In this document: piece by piece, positions 12,870-24,844 of the stretch | Position numbering within the stretch: the stretch's first letter is position 1 | Layout of the letters: each line of letters starts with the position of its first letter | Assembly (NCBI GenBank): GCA_015680685.1 | Contig: MNCI01000751.1 | Coordinates: 186,001 to 250,000 of the forward strand | DNA: 64,000 nt | Reading direction: 5' to 3' | Source: Gnetum montanum | Lineage: Eukaryota; Plantae; Gnetophyta | Notes under the pieces: model-generated | Told to the model about the DNA's origin: nothing | Database searches by the model: none | What the model saw: only the letters and a program-made list of their open reading frames with translations | Translations under genes and position numbers: made by a program

Positions 12870-15800
12870 GGGTTTATGACCCCAAAGACCTCACTGTAGC
12901 TGAGTGTAGGCAATCACTTAGGCTTAGTGGACGAAGCCCATAATTTTCAATAATAAATGAAGACCATTACCACTTCATTTGTGAAAAAATTTAGGCTAGC
13001 ATGCTTATCCCAAGGATGGAGACAAAGGTAAATGAGAGTACGAACTTATCCACTATGATGGAAAGGAATACATACCTTCCCCATACAATAAAATACATTT
13101 AAATGAGACCTATGCATGCATCCTTTCTCAATGAATTAAGATGGATGAAGAGGATGGGAAGGTTAGTTCAGATGAACAATTGGAGGAAGAAGACAAGTTT
13201 GGGGCTAAGTTTGAACATGAGAAAATCATAGGAAGGGCTCTTCCAACAATCGACCTCTAGAGCTACCATGTCTACTTTAAATCCCATCACCTCTTCCACA
13301 GGATAGATTTTTTAGTCCTTGCATCCCCCCTATTGAGCCATGTTCGGACTAGCACCTGTTATAGCGGCACACCAAACACAATCGATGTCACAAGCAATAC
13401 CATTTTTCATCTCCATGTCTTTTTTCATGTAACCATGATCTACATGGTCATCACTGGTGGTTGGGCCAAGACTTCCTCCTTTTCCACATAGATGGAACCC
13501 ATAGTGGGACCTCAAGTGACTCAAGGGTCACATACCCCTTTTGTCCCCTTTGTGCCCTAGATACTAGTACAAACCTCTTTCTCATTATTCAGCCTACCTG
13601 TAGCCATGATGATCCAAACTCTCCCCTCAATGTCACAACCTATCGCAAGGCCATAGGCCTCCCAGCTTATACCCCAATCTTTTGTGTAAACCCTATAGCC
13701 TAGAGTGGTATCTCAAGGATTGGATCAAGCCTTCTAGATGATCCAAGACCCAACATAAGAGTTACAGAGGCTCAAGGCTTCCACATCTCACACCGTCAAG
13801 ATAATGGATTTCTTTCAAGAGGATTCCATTAGTTTTGTGTCCCATAACTGACTCTTCTCCTAAGTGTCCCCATACCTTAGTTTACTAAGTACAACAGTGA
13901 GGGTAACCCCAACTCACATGTTATAACCTTCCACTTTGAGTGCTTGTTATTGCAAGCGTAGCCTCACATAATAATGCATATTTTCCCTATGTCTCTTACA
14001 AGGGAGGCTCGATATTAGTACCATGCTTTATTAAGAGAACCCATATACTCTTTAAAAGACCTTATTACACAATTTCTTAACCATTTCAAGTATAACTTAA
14101 AACCTAATATAATCCTTGACCAACTAATGAAGGTCAAGAAATGACCCCTTGAGCTGGTGAAAAAGTTCATCTAATGATAGACCTCTTTGCTAATGAGATT
14201 TCAAAACCGATAGCCAAAACTCACCTTCTCGCTATCTTCGAGTGGGAGGTTAATGATTTTATTAAGTTAAAATTATACTATGTAGATCCCCAACACTTAG
14301 TCAAGCCTTCTTCCAAACTAAGAACATAGAGAATGCTATGGAAGCTAGTCATGACCACACCTATGTAGTGTAAAAAAACCAATATGTGCAAAAGGACAAA
14401 TAGAGGGGAAGGAAAAACAATGTAGTGGTGGCTACTATGGAAAAGAAGAGAGAAATGACCATCCAGAGACTAAAAACAAACTAACGCAAGGCCCCTGTTA
14501 ACAACAATAACCAACCCTTAATGTCTAGGGCCTCTACATTGACTATTGCAAGGCCAAACTTGAAATGAAAGGATCACACAAAGTATTCTAGATTACCATT
14601 AAAAGCATTAAAACTCTTGAACCAATTATTAAAGAGTGGAAGGATATAATATAAGTGAATGATGGAAAATGTCCATAAGAGGCATGGGAGGCTATGTGAG
14701 ATAGCCAAAGATCCCACTTGTGCAACCAAAGATGATCCTTCAGTGGCTAGATACTTTATACTTGATCGATTCTATCACTACCATCAATTCCGAGGTCATG
14801 ATACCAAATTTTTGCTTGTGCTAAAAGATGACTTTCAAAAGATGATAGAAAAGGATGAATTGATGCTTGATGCCTCTAATCCAATTAGGCCTCAAAACTA
14901 GTTGATGCACATCTATAAGGACACATTGAATGCCAACAATAGCCCATATACCATAGTGATGTTCAATGTCAACAATGATCAAGGGCCTATGAGTGAACAA
15001 TTTATGATTTAGGTACCTCCTCGTAACAAAAGGTGCCCTTCAACTTCCACTATTACCAACATCCCCCAAGGATTCTTTCATAATCAAAGTGCTCCCTTCC
15101 ATGTCGACTGAATCTATCCTTACAACTGAACAACGTCCCCTTGTGGTAGCTAATGCAATTACTTATTTCTTCCAACCAAATAAAGATAACAAGAAGTTCC
15201 CAACCAAACAATGGAAGATGCCTATGCAAAAGCCTAAAGACAAAAATAATAAACAAGCCAAGGCATGAAAGGAAGTAGCCCTACAAAAGTCCACTCACAT
15301 CTCATCTATTTCCATGACCTATATTTCTTAGGCTACCTCAACCAGTAAAGCATGGGAGGAGCCTAAGCACCAAGGGAAGGGAAAATAGACAAAGTCACAA
15401 TTAGCAAAATATGAAGTTTGCATTTTGGAACATATAGAGGAAGTTAAGAACAATAGGGATGACATGTCCATGACCAACAATAAGGACTTCCTCAATGCGG
15501 TGGAATAGGTCAAATATTCACTTAAGAAAAAGAATAAAAATCTTAGCCTATATGTCTTGGTCATGATTTTTGTTGCACACCATGAAGCACTAGTCAAGAT
15601 GTTGACCTTTATTTTCATTAGTGAGGAAAACCCTACTAGCGAAGAATCCATCCATGTAGTGATGGTACCATCTTTACCTAGGAAAAAAGTAAAGTTGACA
15701 CCACTAGTGTTTTACAATAGTAAAATCAAGACCAGTCCTCAAAATAGCAAGGTAACCAAGGCTTCCCTCTTTATAGAGATAAGGGTAGGATAATACAAAG

Positions 15801-16420
15801 TATATAGAGTGCATGTAGATGATGGAGCAATGAAAAATGTGATATCCTATACCATCATTGAACATTTAGGCCTAACCAAACACATACAACATACCTCGAC
15901 ATTAGCTCTTAAATCCTTCAATGGATCATGGGTTGCTATTGAAGGATATATCTCTTTAGACTTTACAACAGGGGAGCAATTCCCCACAATGATCAACTTC
16001 TTGGTGGTGGTGGAAATACTAGGATTTAGCCTTATCCTAGGGAGGCCTTAGTTAGCTCAATTATGAGTTGTTTCCTTGCCCATTCACCAAGAAATTCACC
16101 TATCTTACGAGGGAGGTGAAATTATCATTCATGGAGACAATGTGGTCCCCCTAGCAATAAAAAATGTAGACATAGAAAAAAGGTTTGAAGTGGAGTTTCA
16201 AGAAGAAACTTTTAGCCATAAAGTCAAGTAGCCTAACGGAGCAGAAGAGGCCAAAATCAACAATGATGGACCTAGGGATATGCTATGGGGAGAGTTCCCC
16301 TTTAACATCATTAGAGAAGGAGATGGGGAATAAAAGTTTATGCAAAATAGACTGTATACATTTTCTAATCTCTCAAGGATTAGGAAACATTTGCACAGTT
16401 GATGTGTACTCCTAACCATT
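12870..16420 (+). pseudogene. gag: gag-protease of element C
   Basis: FTKYNSEGNPNSH and FKYNLKP (gag); FYHYHQFRGHDT (Zn-knuckle-like); RVHVDDGAMKNVI and FSLILGRP (PR); heavily decayed. Confidence 0.85.
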
Positions 16421-16805
16421 CTACCCTATGTACTTAGAACCATGTAGCCATATGTACTTATAGCCTTTAGCCTAGTTTACACTTTACTTGTATGCACCAT
16501 TTTTGTTTTGCTTTATATTAAATTTTAATTTACATGTAGCTTAAAGTTTACCTTTGTTTGCATTTTTACTTATTAAAGCCTTTCCTTTTCTCTTTTAGCA
16601 TGATAAATATAAAAATGCCATAAAAACTTCAAAACTAGAAAATCCATAAAAATCTTAAGACACAAAATAAACAAAAAATATTTTTTCCTTTGGAAAGTTC
16701 TTTGGGCCTACCATGGCCTAAAGCTAGCATAAATCATGATTCACTAAGCCCTAAAACTGGCAAACATCACATGGCCCACCATGGCTTGAAATTGCCAAAT
16801 CCTAT

Positions 16806-18888
16806 TGAAACACCACTAATTTCGGGCTTTTGTGCTCAACGGTAGATTTTTCTAAGTGTGAAAACTTAGGCAAAATTTTTCTAAGTCTAGTGTCACACTG
16901 TGCAATGTAGATAATGTAGCACACTGGAAGTCTTGCTATTTGCAAAATTTTTTTAAGTCTATCTGCTACGCTTCCTAGCACAGCCAACGTAGCACACGTT
17001 TCCAAGGCTAGTTTGCACGAATGTCAAGTTAAAAGCAGTAAAAAAGGCTCTAAGGATGGACTAAATAGTTCAGCAAATTTCCTATCTCCTGAGCCATCAA
17101 GCTTGCTACGCTCTTCAGCTTGCCTAGCTTGACACATGTTCCAGTTACCAGTCCACCCAAGTGCCAAGCTAGGAGTTGTCAAAAATGCTTAGGATGAAAG
17201 AAATAGTTTGGCAAATTTTCTACCTTTGGGCCTGTTATGCTCTACTACGCTACATAGCATAGACAGTGTAGCACAAGTTTTAGGGCTAAAATTTTTCTAA
17301 GTGTTAGACCAGACATGGAAGGTGCATTTGGCAATTTTTTGACTTCCGAGGTTACTTGTCCTGCTTCATCCTTGGAGTGTGATCAATGTGCCATGGAAAA
17401 CATTGCAAGTTTTGTCAAAATTCATCCAAAAATTGGTGTTACGCTTTGCTACGTTGCATAACGTAGATACCATAATAGAGGTTCCAGGGTACAAAATTTT
17501 CTAAATATGGAACAAAAAGCTATTAAGCCATTTTGACATGGGAGATGCATTTTCTAGCTTTTAAAGTTGCCTGCCCTACTACACCCTAGAGTGTGATTAG
17601 CATGCCATGAGAAAACATTTTAAATTTTGATAAAATTCACTGGAAAATGGGTGCTACACTCTGCTATACTGTGCAGCGTAGACAAGGTAGCAGGCCAAAA
17701 ACTACAAATATTTTCTAAGTGTTCATGCTATGCTTAGTCATGCTGGGTAGCGTAGACAACGTAACACTTGGAAAATGCCTTTGAATGTCTCTAGAAGCCC
17801 TCAAAACCCAACATTGACCTTCATTTCAGCTTTACCATCTCTCCGATGGTTAAAATTAGTAGTTTTCTTTATTTTTGTACCCCCTAGTGATCCCCAAAAT
17901 TGTCCCTACACTTGACCCTACTTGAAAGAGGAGGAAGACATAGTCCCAGAGCATAGGCTCCTAGTTGCATTTGTTTTGGCATTATTTGTAGGTACATGGT
18001 AGTCCCTCAAACTTTGGCACATGTAGTTTGGGTAGTGTGGTCACAGTTTGGTAGATGCTCAGTTCTTGTTCCTATTTTGCAGAGCTTGACACTTTAAAAT
18101 TGACACTTTGAGTGTAGCATGTCAATGTGACTTGCTTACACTCATGCTGCATGGAACCCAAGCCACGTGGCATCCAATCCACGTCTCCCATAAACCTTGG
18201 CTCTATAAATACCCTAGTAATTAGCATTCTAAGAGTTGGCTTTTGCAAAAGATTGGTGAGTAAAAGGTTGATGATTGACAAATCTTAGCATTAGAGAATT
18301 TCCATCATCTTTCTCTCCTCTGCAGTTAAGCACTTGAGCGTGACACCCTATCGAGCACCGTGATCCCATACCTACATAGCATGACAACGACCAACCCAGC
18401 AGGTTCAGCTCCCCTAGTGGCTATCAACATCGTGTCCCCAAGCATCCCAGAGATTGTGACCATACTACCTCACTATCTTATTGTGCCTATCTGATACTGC
18501 GTACCAATTTAATATACCATTTAATCAAGAGCTACGTTCCCCAAGCTTGGGACGGTCGATTTCTTCACCTAAACTCACACTTCATTTCCTTTTAGTATGT
18601 ATTTCAAATTGTTAGCATAATTTCTTAGTTCTATTATCAATATGCATTGGTACACTTACGTTGTTGTGTATGTCGCATTCTTGCCTGTCCCAGCTCCTGT
18701 GTATGGCACTCTGAAAACATTGTTTGCAAGCCGTTATGTACACCACGTATGTCCCTATTTGATCAGCTAGATCGTTTAGGGTACCCCATTTCTATTTTCT
18801 CCAACACGGCCCTCCCATGGACTCTGGGTTAGGCTATACGCTTGATGACCTCTTAGTGTTCTAGCCACCAATGTTTTTAGATGCTACA
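16806..18888 (+). repeat. 5' LTR of A (2083 bp)
   Basis: TG...CA termini; colinear with 34610-36054; TATA-like CTATAAATA at ~18203. Confidence 0.95.
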
Positions 18889-18893
18889 ATTTT

Positions 18894-18910
18894 TGGTGCT
18901 AGAAGAAGGG
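18894..18910 (+). promoter_or_regulatory. Primer-binding site of A (tRNA-Asn)
   Basis: TGGTGCTAGAAGAAGGG, near-complement of the plant tRNA-Asn 3' end CCCTCCTTCTAGCG-CCA. Confidence 0.85.
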
Positions 18911-19365
18911 CCTCCCTATTCCTTTTATGTGCCATGGGTAGTCTCGCGTGCTTTGTAGCCTTGTCACTAGTAGCAAGCTAGCGTAGACATAACACCCCTA
19001 TGAACCTACTGCTGTAGTAGCTAGATCATAGGCCAGCGTAGGAGTTGTTCACATTTCGGTTGGTGCAGATTGGTTCCAGTTGATGGTTCCTTTGGAACCT
19101 CACAGCACAGAAAGTCCAAAATTATTCACTACGTCAAGCTCTAAGTGTTTTGTAGAGCATGAAGACCTTATCAGCATGACAATCTTGTAGAGCACGACGA
19201 GCGTAATAGCACAGATTACCATTTTTTCAGCATTTTTAGACTTAGCCATTTTTGGCTTGTTTTCTTTACAACTTACCTACTTAATCATTTTAGCTCAAAA
19301 TTTACTGCATTCGAACATTTCTTACAAGTTTCTTTTCTTCTCATGTTTTTTTTGACATAGTGAAA

Positions 19366-22300
19366 ATGAACCCACCTAACACCTCAACTGCCACCTTGGG
19401 CTTGGAGATAACTCATCCTTTGCAACATGTGGTGGATGTTGAGCAACCACTAAGCCTAGTATGCCTACAACGGCAGTCTCTTAGACTGTAGCACCAATCT
19501 CCTAAACACATAATGCTTGATGAGGAATGGTCTATTTTTGGACCACCAAGAAATAGAAGAAAAGCATAGCTTTGAAATTATTCACTAGAATAGAAGGGAG
19601 TTCCTTGTCACCCCTGATGCAGTTATATCGCTTACTAAAACTTTCCAATGGATCTTGGACCAACATATTCGAATGAGTGGGTTAAAAGAGCAAGACACAG
19701 TGTCCCACTATGATGAGCTCATTCAAGATGGGTAGGAGAAGTTTAAATCCCATTCTAAAGGTGGTGGCCTGCTCTATGCCTTAGCCTCACAGTTTACCTC
19801 TGTGTTCCTTTTACACTAGTCACAGTCTTTCGCCTCCTTTGTGATAGCTATGACACTTCCACAGTCCAAACATTTGCTGGTGGTAGGTAGCCATCAAATG
19901 CTATCAATGCAACAACATGTAGGACCTTTGGCCTTCTTTCCCTTTATTATTCCTTTGTAGTCTGTTCAATTTTTGCAACTAGTGTCTATGATGCCCACGT
20001 TGCCATATGTGCATACTGTGCCCATATCGTAGCAACAAATGAGCCCTATTTCCATTACCCCTTCTATGCCAATCCCACCATCAATAGCTACTCCAACCTC
20101 AACTACATGGTGGGCAGTGACGTCTTTTCCTACTATTCAATTATCTCAGATGCCATAGTATACACATCCACAAACGTACCAAGCTTTACATATGGCACAA
20201 CGAACTATGAGGTTGTGGGCTACTTCGGCGGTATCACCAATGAGGCAGGTAACTGCTCCCATAGCACCATCAATGGTAGTTGCTCTAGCGGCACCACCCA
20301 CAGGGTTGTGGGTTGTTAAGATGACACCACCAATGGGAGCTGCCTTGATGGCACCAACAATGGGAGCTGCCCCAATGGCACCACCAATGGGATTTGCCCC
20401 AATGGCACCACCAATGGGAGTTGCTTCGATAACATCCCCAATGAGACTGGTAGGTGCATCGATAACACCACCCATGCTAGTTGCTCTAACGACACTACCA
20501 ATGGTACAACTAATGCAACCCTCTACAACATTCCCAAGTCTAGATCAAGCATTTTTAGCTCATCCAAACCCTCACTAATGAGGTCAAACAGCTTAAAGCT
20601 GCTAGCTCCAAAATAGTCCACATAATGGACTTCTATCAGGATGACCCTATTAGCTCCATTGTTCCTCCACTCACATTGTCTCTTGGAATCTAGCTTCCCC
20701 AATTTACGAAATACAATGGAGAAGGTGATCCAAATGGACACCTAGTCACTTTTTGATTAGAGTCTTTTTTACTACAATCATGGCCACACATGGTCACTTG
20801 TGTCTTCGCCATGTTTTTGACTAACAAAGCCTTAGATTGGTATCATGTGGTTTCTCACACTTCCATTTCAACTCTGTAGGAGTTGCTAAGTTAGTTCATA
20901 ACTCACTTCAAGTATAACTTGAAGCTAAAAGCCACTCTAGACCTCATGAATGTTAAACAACAAGTGCTAGAACTCATGCAAAAATTCATACAACATTGGG
21001 GTGCTACCCTAAATGAGATTTGTGAAGCCCACTTACTAGCCATTTTTAAGGGTGTTGTAAATGATTTCATTAAATCCAAACTATATTATTTAGCCTTGTG
21101 CTCCCTTAGTTAAGCCTTTGCTCAAATAAAGAGCATATAGGATGCGACAAAGGCTAGTAAGGACCTAGCTTACATAGCTTACAAGAATGCACATGCAAAG
21201 AAAGATAAGGAAAAGGGGAAAGCCATGACAACCACTGTGGTGGCTATGGGTAATGAAGACAAGCCCACCAACAATAAATAGATGGCTAAGACGCCTAAGG
21301 CCTTGGCCACTACCAACAAAATGTTAAGCTCTAGCAATGCGAAAACCAACCAACTCGCATCAACGACCATGGGGCAAGCTCTGCCAAGGCCAATCTTTAA
21401 GCGTAAGGATTGCTCAAAATATACCCCTCTATTGATTAAGCCATTGGAGCTTTTAGATCAACTGCTGAGTGTTGGGTGCATACAACATAAGTAAATGTTA
21501 GAAGATGCCCGCAAACATCATGAAAGGTACTGTGAGATCCTATAGGACCCTTTTGTAGCTATGCCCAATGAGCCTCCAGTGCTTAAATATTTTAAATTGG
21601 ATTGGTTCTACAACTACCATCAGTTGCAAGGCTATGACACAGATTACTATCTAGCTCTGAAAGATGATATCGAATGCATGATTGATCAACGCAAGTTGGT
21701 CCTTGATGAAAGCAATCCTATCCAGACAGAGAACCAATTTATGAACATCTATAAGGACCCGTTGAACGCTAGTAGTGCATGTTATACCATTAATGCTATT
21801 AGCAATGATGATGATGTAGAGGCAACACAGGAATCATTTGTAGTTTGTGCACCCTCTGGTGGCATTGAAGTGTCAATGTCAACTATGTCATAGGCCCCTT
21901 TTGTCATTAAGGTTTCATTGCAAGTGTCCATTACACCTTTCATGGTTAGGGCCCCGTAGCCTGTTGTGGAAACAACCCAAGAACTGTTTGTCCTAAGGTG
22001 CCAAAACATACAAATTCCCCATCTTCCTAGAATTTGGTGGTGGGGACTACATCATAACCTTCCTACCTGAGGAAATGTGATGAGTGCATAGCTAACAAGA
22101 TGGTTAGGAAATGCATTGAATTAGGTCCCCCAAAGACCACCCCCTTGTTAGCGATTCCCATGGTGCCACCATCTAAAGATAAGATGGAAATGCACTCACA
22201 AAAAGCAACTACTAAAGCCCAGAAGTCTACTACCCAACCAAAAGCCAAGTCCCCTCTTCCTTGGGAAATTTGTCTCTTAGGATGTGTAGAGGAAATAAAA

Positions 22301-23247
22301 ATCACCAAACAACTGGACGATGGAGAAGATTTCCTAGATGCACTTACAGAGGTTAGACAAGCTTTAAAAAAAAAAAAAAAACAAAACTTTAAGCCTATAC
22401 GATTTAATAATGAATTTTTCTACACATCATGAGGCTTTGATCTGCATGTTGGCATCCATTCGTGTTAAGGAAGATATGCCAACAAAGGAAAAAGCCATTT
22501 ATGCCATGATGCTTCCACCTACAATTGAAGAACCATGGTAAACCCTCTTAACTTTTCATGATGAAGCCATTAAAGCTAATCCTAAAAGGGGTCAAGTAAC
22601 CACTGACCTATGTTCATAACAATTCATGTGGGTCAGTACAAGATTCGTAGGGTGCATGTCGATGGTGGGGCCACAACCAATGTAATCCTGTTCCCTGTTG
22701 TTAACGAGCTAGGCCTAGTGGACCAAATCAGGTCCACAACAACTTCTTGTTTGAGGTCATTTAACGGGGCATGTGTTGTGGTTAAGGGAACCATCATTAT
22801 TGATTTTGTGGAAAGAGATCGATTGCCCACTAATGCAGAATCATCATGGTAGAGGAGATGCCTAGGTTTAATTTAATCTTAGGAAGATCTTGGTTAGCCC
22901 AATTAAGGGTTGTCTCTTTACCAATCCACTAAGAGATCCACCTACCCTATGCAGGTGGAGAAGTGGTGATCTTTGGTGATGACATAGCCCCTCGGGCTAT
23001 CAACAATATAGACACTGAGCAAGGGTTGGAGATAGAAGTCTTTGAAGATGCATCACCTGTTTGCAAGAAGATGCAATGTTGTTCGGTAAGTGAACCAAGC
23101 AAAACTAAAGATTTGCATGAAGAAACTCTATGGGTAGAATTGCATTTTTCAATGGCAGATGACAGCCTAGAAGAGTATTGTCTCAAGTCTTCTAGGCCAT
23201 ACGCATCACCTAACCCACATCAAGTTAGGAAACATCTATGTGATTAG
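19366..23247 (+). pseudogene. gag: gag-protease of A
   Basis: Pro/Met-rich N-terminus; KYNGEGDPNGHL, ALDWY, FKYNLK (gag); FYNYHQLQGYDT; RVHVDGGATTNVI and FNLILGRSWL (aspartic protease). Confidence 0.92.
20260..20500 (+). repeat. In-frame ~27-bp tandem repeat in the gag N-terminal region
   Basis: GCACCACCAATGGGAG-type units encoding (M/I)APPMGAA-like peptides. Confidence 0.85.
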
Positions 23248-23349
23248 GGCATGTCCCTAATTTACTCCTTTAGTTCTTTTGTCTTTAGTACTTTTGTTTG
23301 TATAGTTTTTATTTTGCATTATGTGTACTTTTTGCATTAGTTATGCTTT

Positions 23350-23610
23350 GTTTAACTATCACATGGCTTGGAACAACCTTAAACTATCACATGGCCCACC
23401 AAGGCCTAAAATTAGCAACCCACTCCCTCTTATAGCTACCCATGGCCCAAAATGGCCTTAAACTATAGCATGGCTAGAAATGACCTTAAACTAGCCATGG
23501 CCTGAAATGGCCTTAAACTATAATATGGCTCAAAATGGCCTTAAACTAGCCATGGCCTAAAATGGCTTTAAACTACAACATGACCCAAAATGGCCTTAAA
23601 CTATCACTTG
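23350..23610 (+). repeat. Tandem array (~29 bp) after the protease stop
   Basis: Repeated ATGGCC--AAATGGCCTTAAACTA(G/T)C. Confidence 0.9.
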
Positions 23611-24744
23611 GGGTCCACAAGGTTGCTAATTATATCAACAAAAATCCTAAGAAAAAGAAATAAAATAAGTATAGTGCCTTTTTATTAAATTGTAAATGAA
23701 ATACATGGTTCAAGATTACATCCACTTTCAAAGTTACTAATTTGCCCAATAATGGGATCACATTTCAAACATTTTAAAACATTAATGTATAGACTATAGC
23801 TCCTCTCCTTTGTCCTTATTTGCCACTTCGCTAGGTCCTGCATCTTTGTCTGTATCTTGTGCAAACCAAAGACAAAATAATAAACTAATTAGTAAGCAGG
23901 ACAACATGTGAAGCTATCATGAAATAAATGATAATAAAGTAAACTTAACCAACCTGATATGGGCTCACATCCATGTTTGACAGCATACTATTTAGGCTAA
24001 TCTCCAAGCATCAGAGGATTTCCTCCTCTGTCATATTCGCCCAGTCCTCCTCTCCTAAATCAACACTTATTAGGATCTTCTCTTTCTCCACGACTATTCA
24101 TACAGGTGGCCTTGAAGAAAATGTAGCAGATGTGGCTTCACCAGAAGGCATGGTCATTTTCCTCTCTTTAAACTCATTGACCACCAGGTGCTTCGCAAAT
24201 CTATTATAAGCTTGGGTAGCATCGATTGCGTTAAGGAATAGTTTGTGACCTCGATGTTCTACAGACTCATCTCTGTATTTTTTGCTATAGGCAGCATGTT
24301 CCATTTTGTACTGATGCTTGTGATTCTTTTGTGCTTGCCCCCATTCATACACCTTGTCACTGTAATCTTTCCAATCTTGGTTCTTTTGGGACAAGAGATC
24401 CATTTGTAGGCATTGCTTGATTACCTCATGTGTAGCTTCGTTCTTGCCCCTCACAGTTGACCAATATTTGGCATAATCAAATATGGCCATGCACTAGCTA
24501 CCATTTGATTTTTCATAGGCCATCACGAAGTTGTAGTACAATTGTAGGTCCTCTAGTTGAGCTTCCTAGCTCACTTTCTCTTTTTCAAGTTTTTGAACTC
24601 ACTTCCAGAGGTCCTCATTTACATGCATAGACTTCCACAGTGATTGTGCTGAGTGTAATGCATATTTTCTTGCCTCATCATATATATGATAAGGCACCTT
24701 TGCTACCTTAGGAGGGAGCTCAGGCACAGCTTCAACTTCAACTC

Positions 24745-24844
24745 CCTTATTGGGTCCTATTTAAGTCATGATGCTATTACATCAAAGAGAGGATCCTTAT
24801 TGGGTCCCATTTAAGTCGTGACACTATTACATCAAAGAGAGGAT
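24745..24844 (+). repeat. Tandem duplication of ~51 bp
   Basis: CCTTATTGGGTCC(T/C)ATTTAAGTC..GA..CTATTACATCAAAGAGAGGAT twice. Confidence 0.9.
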
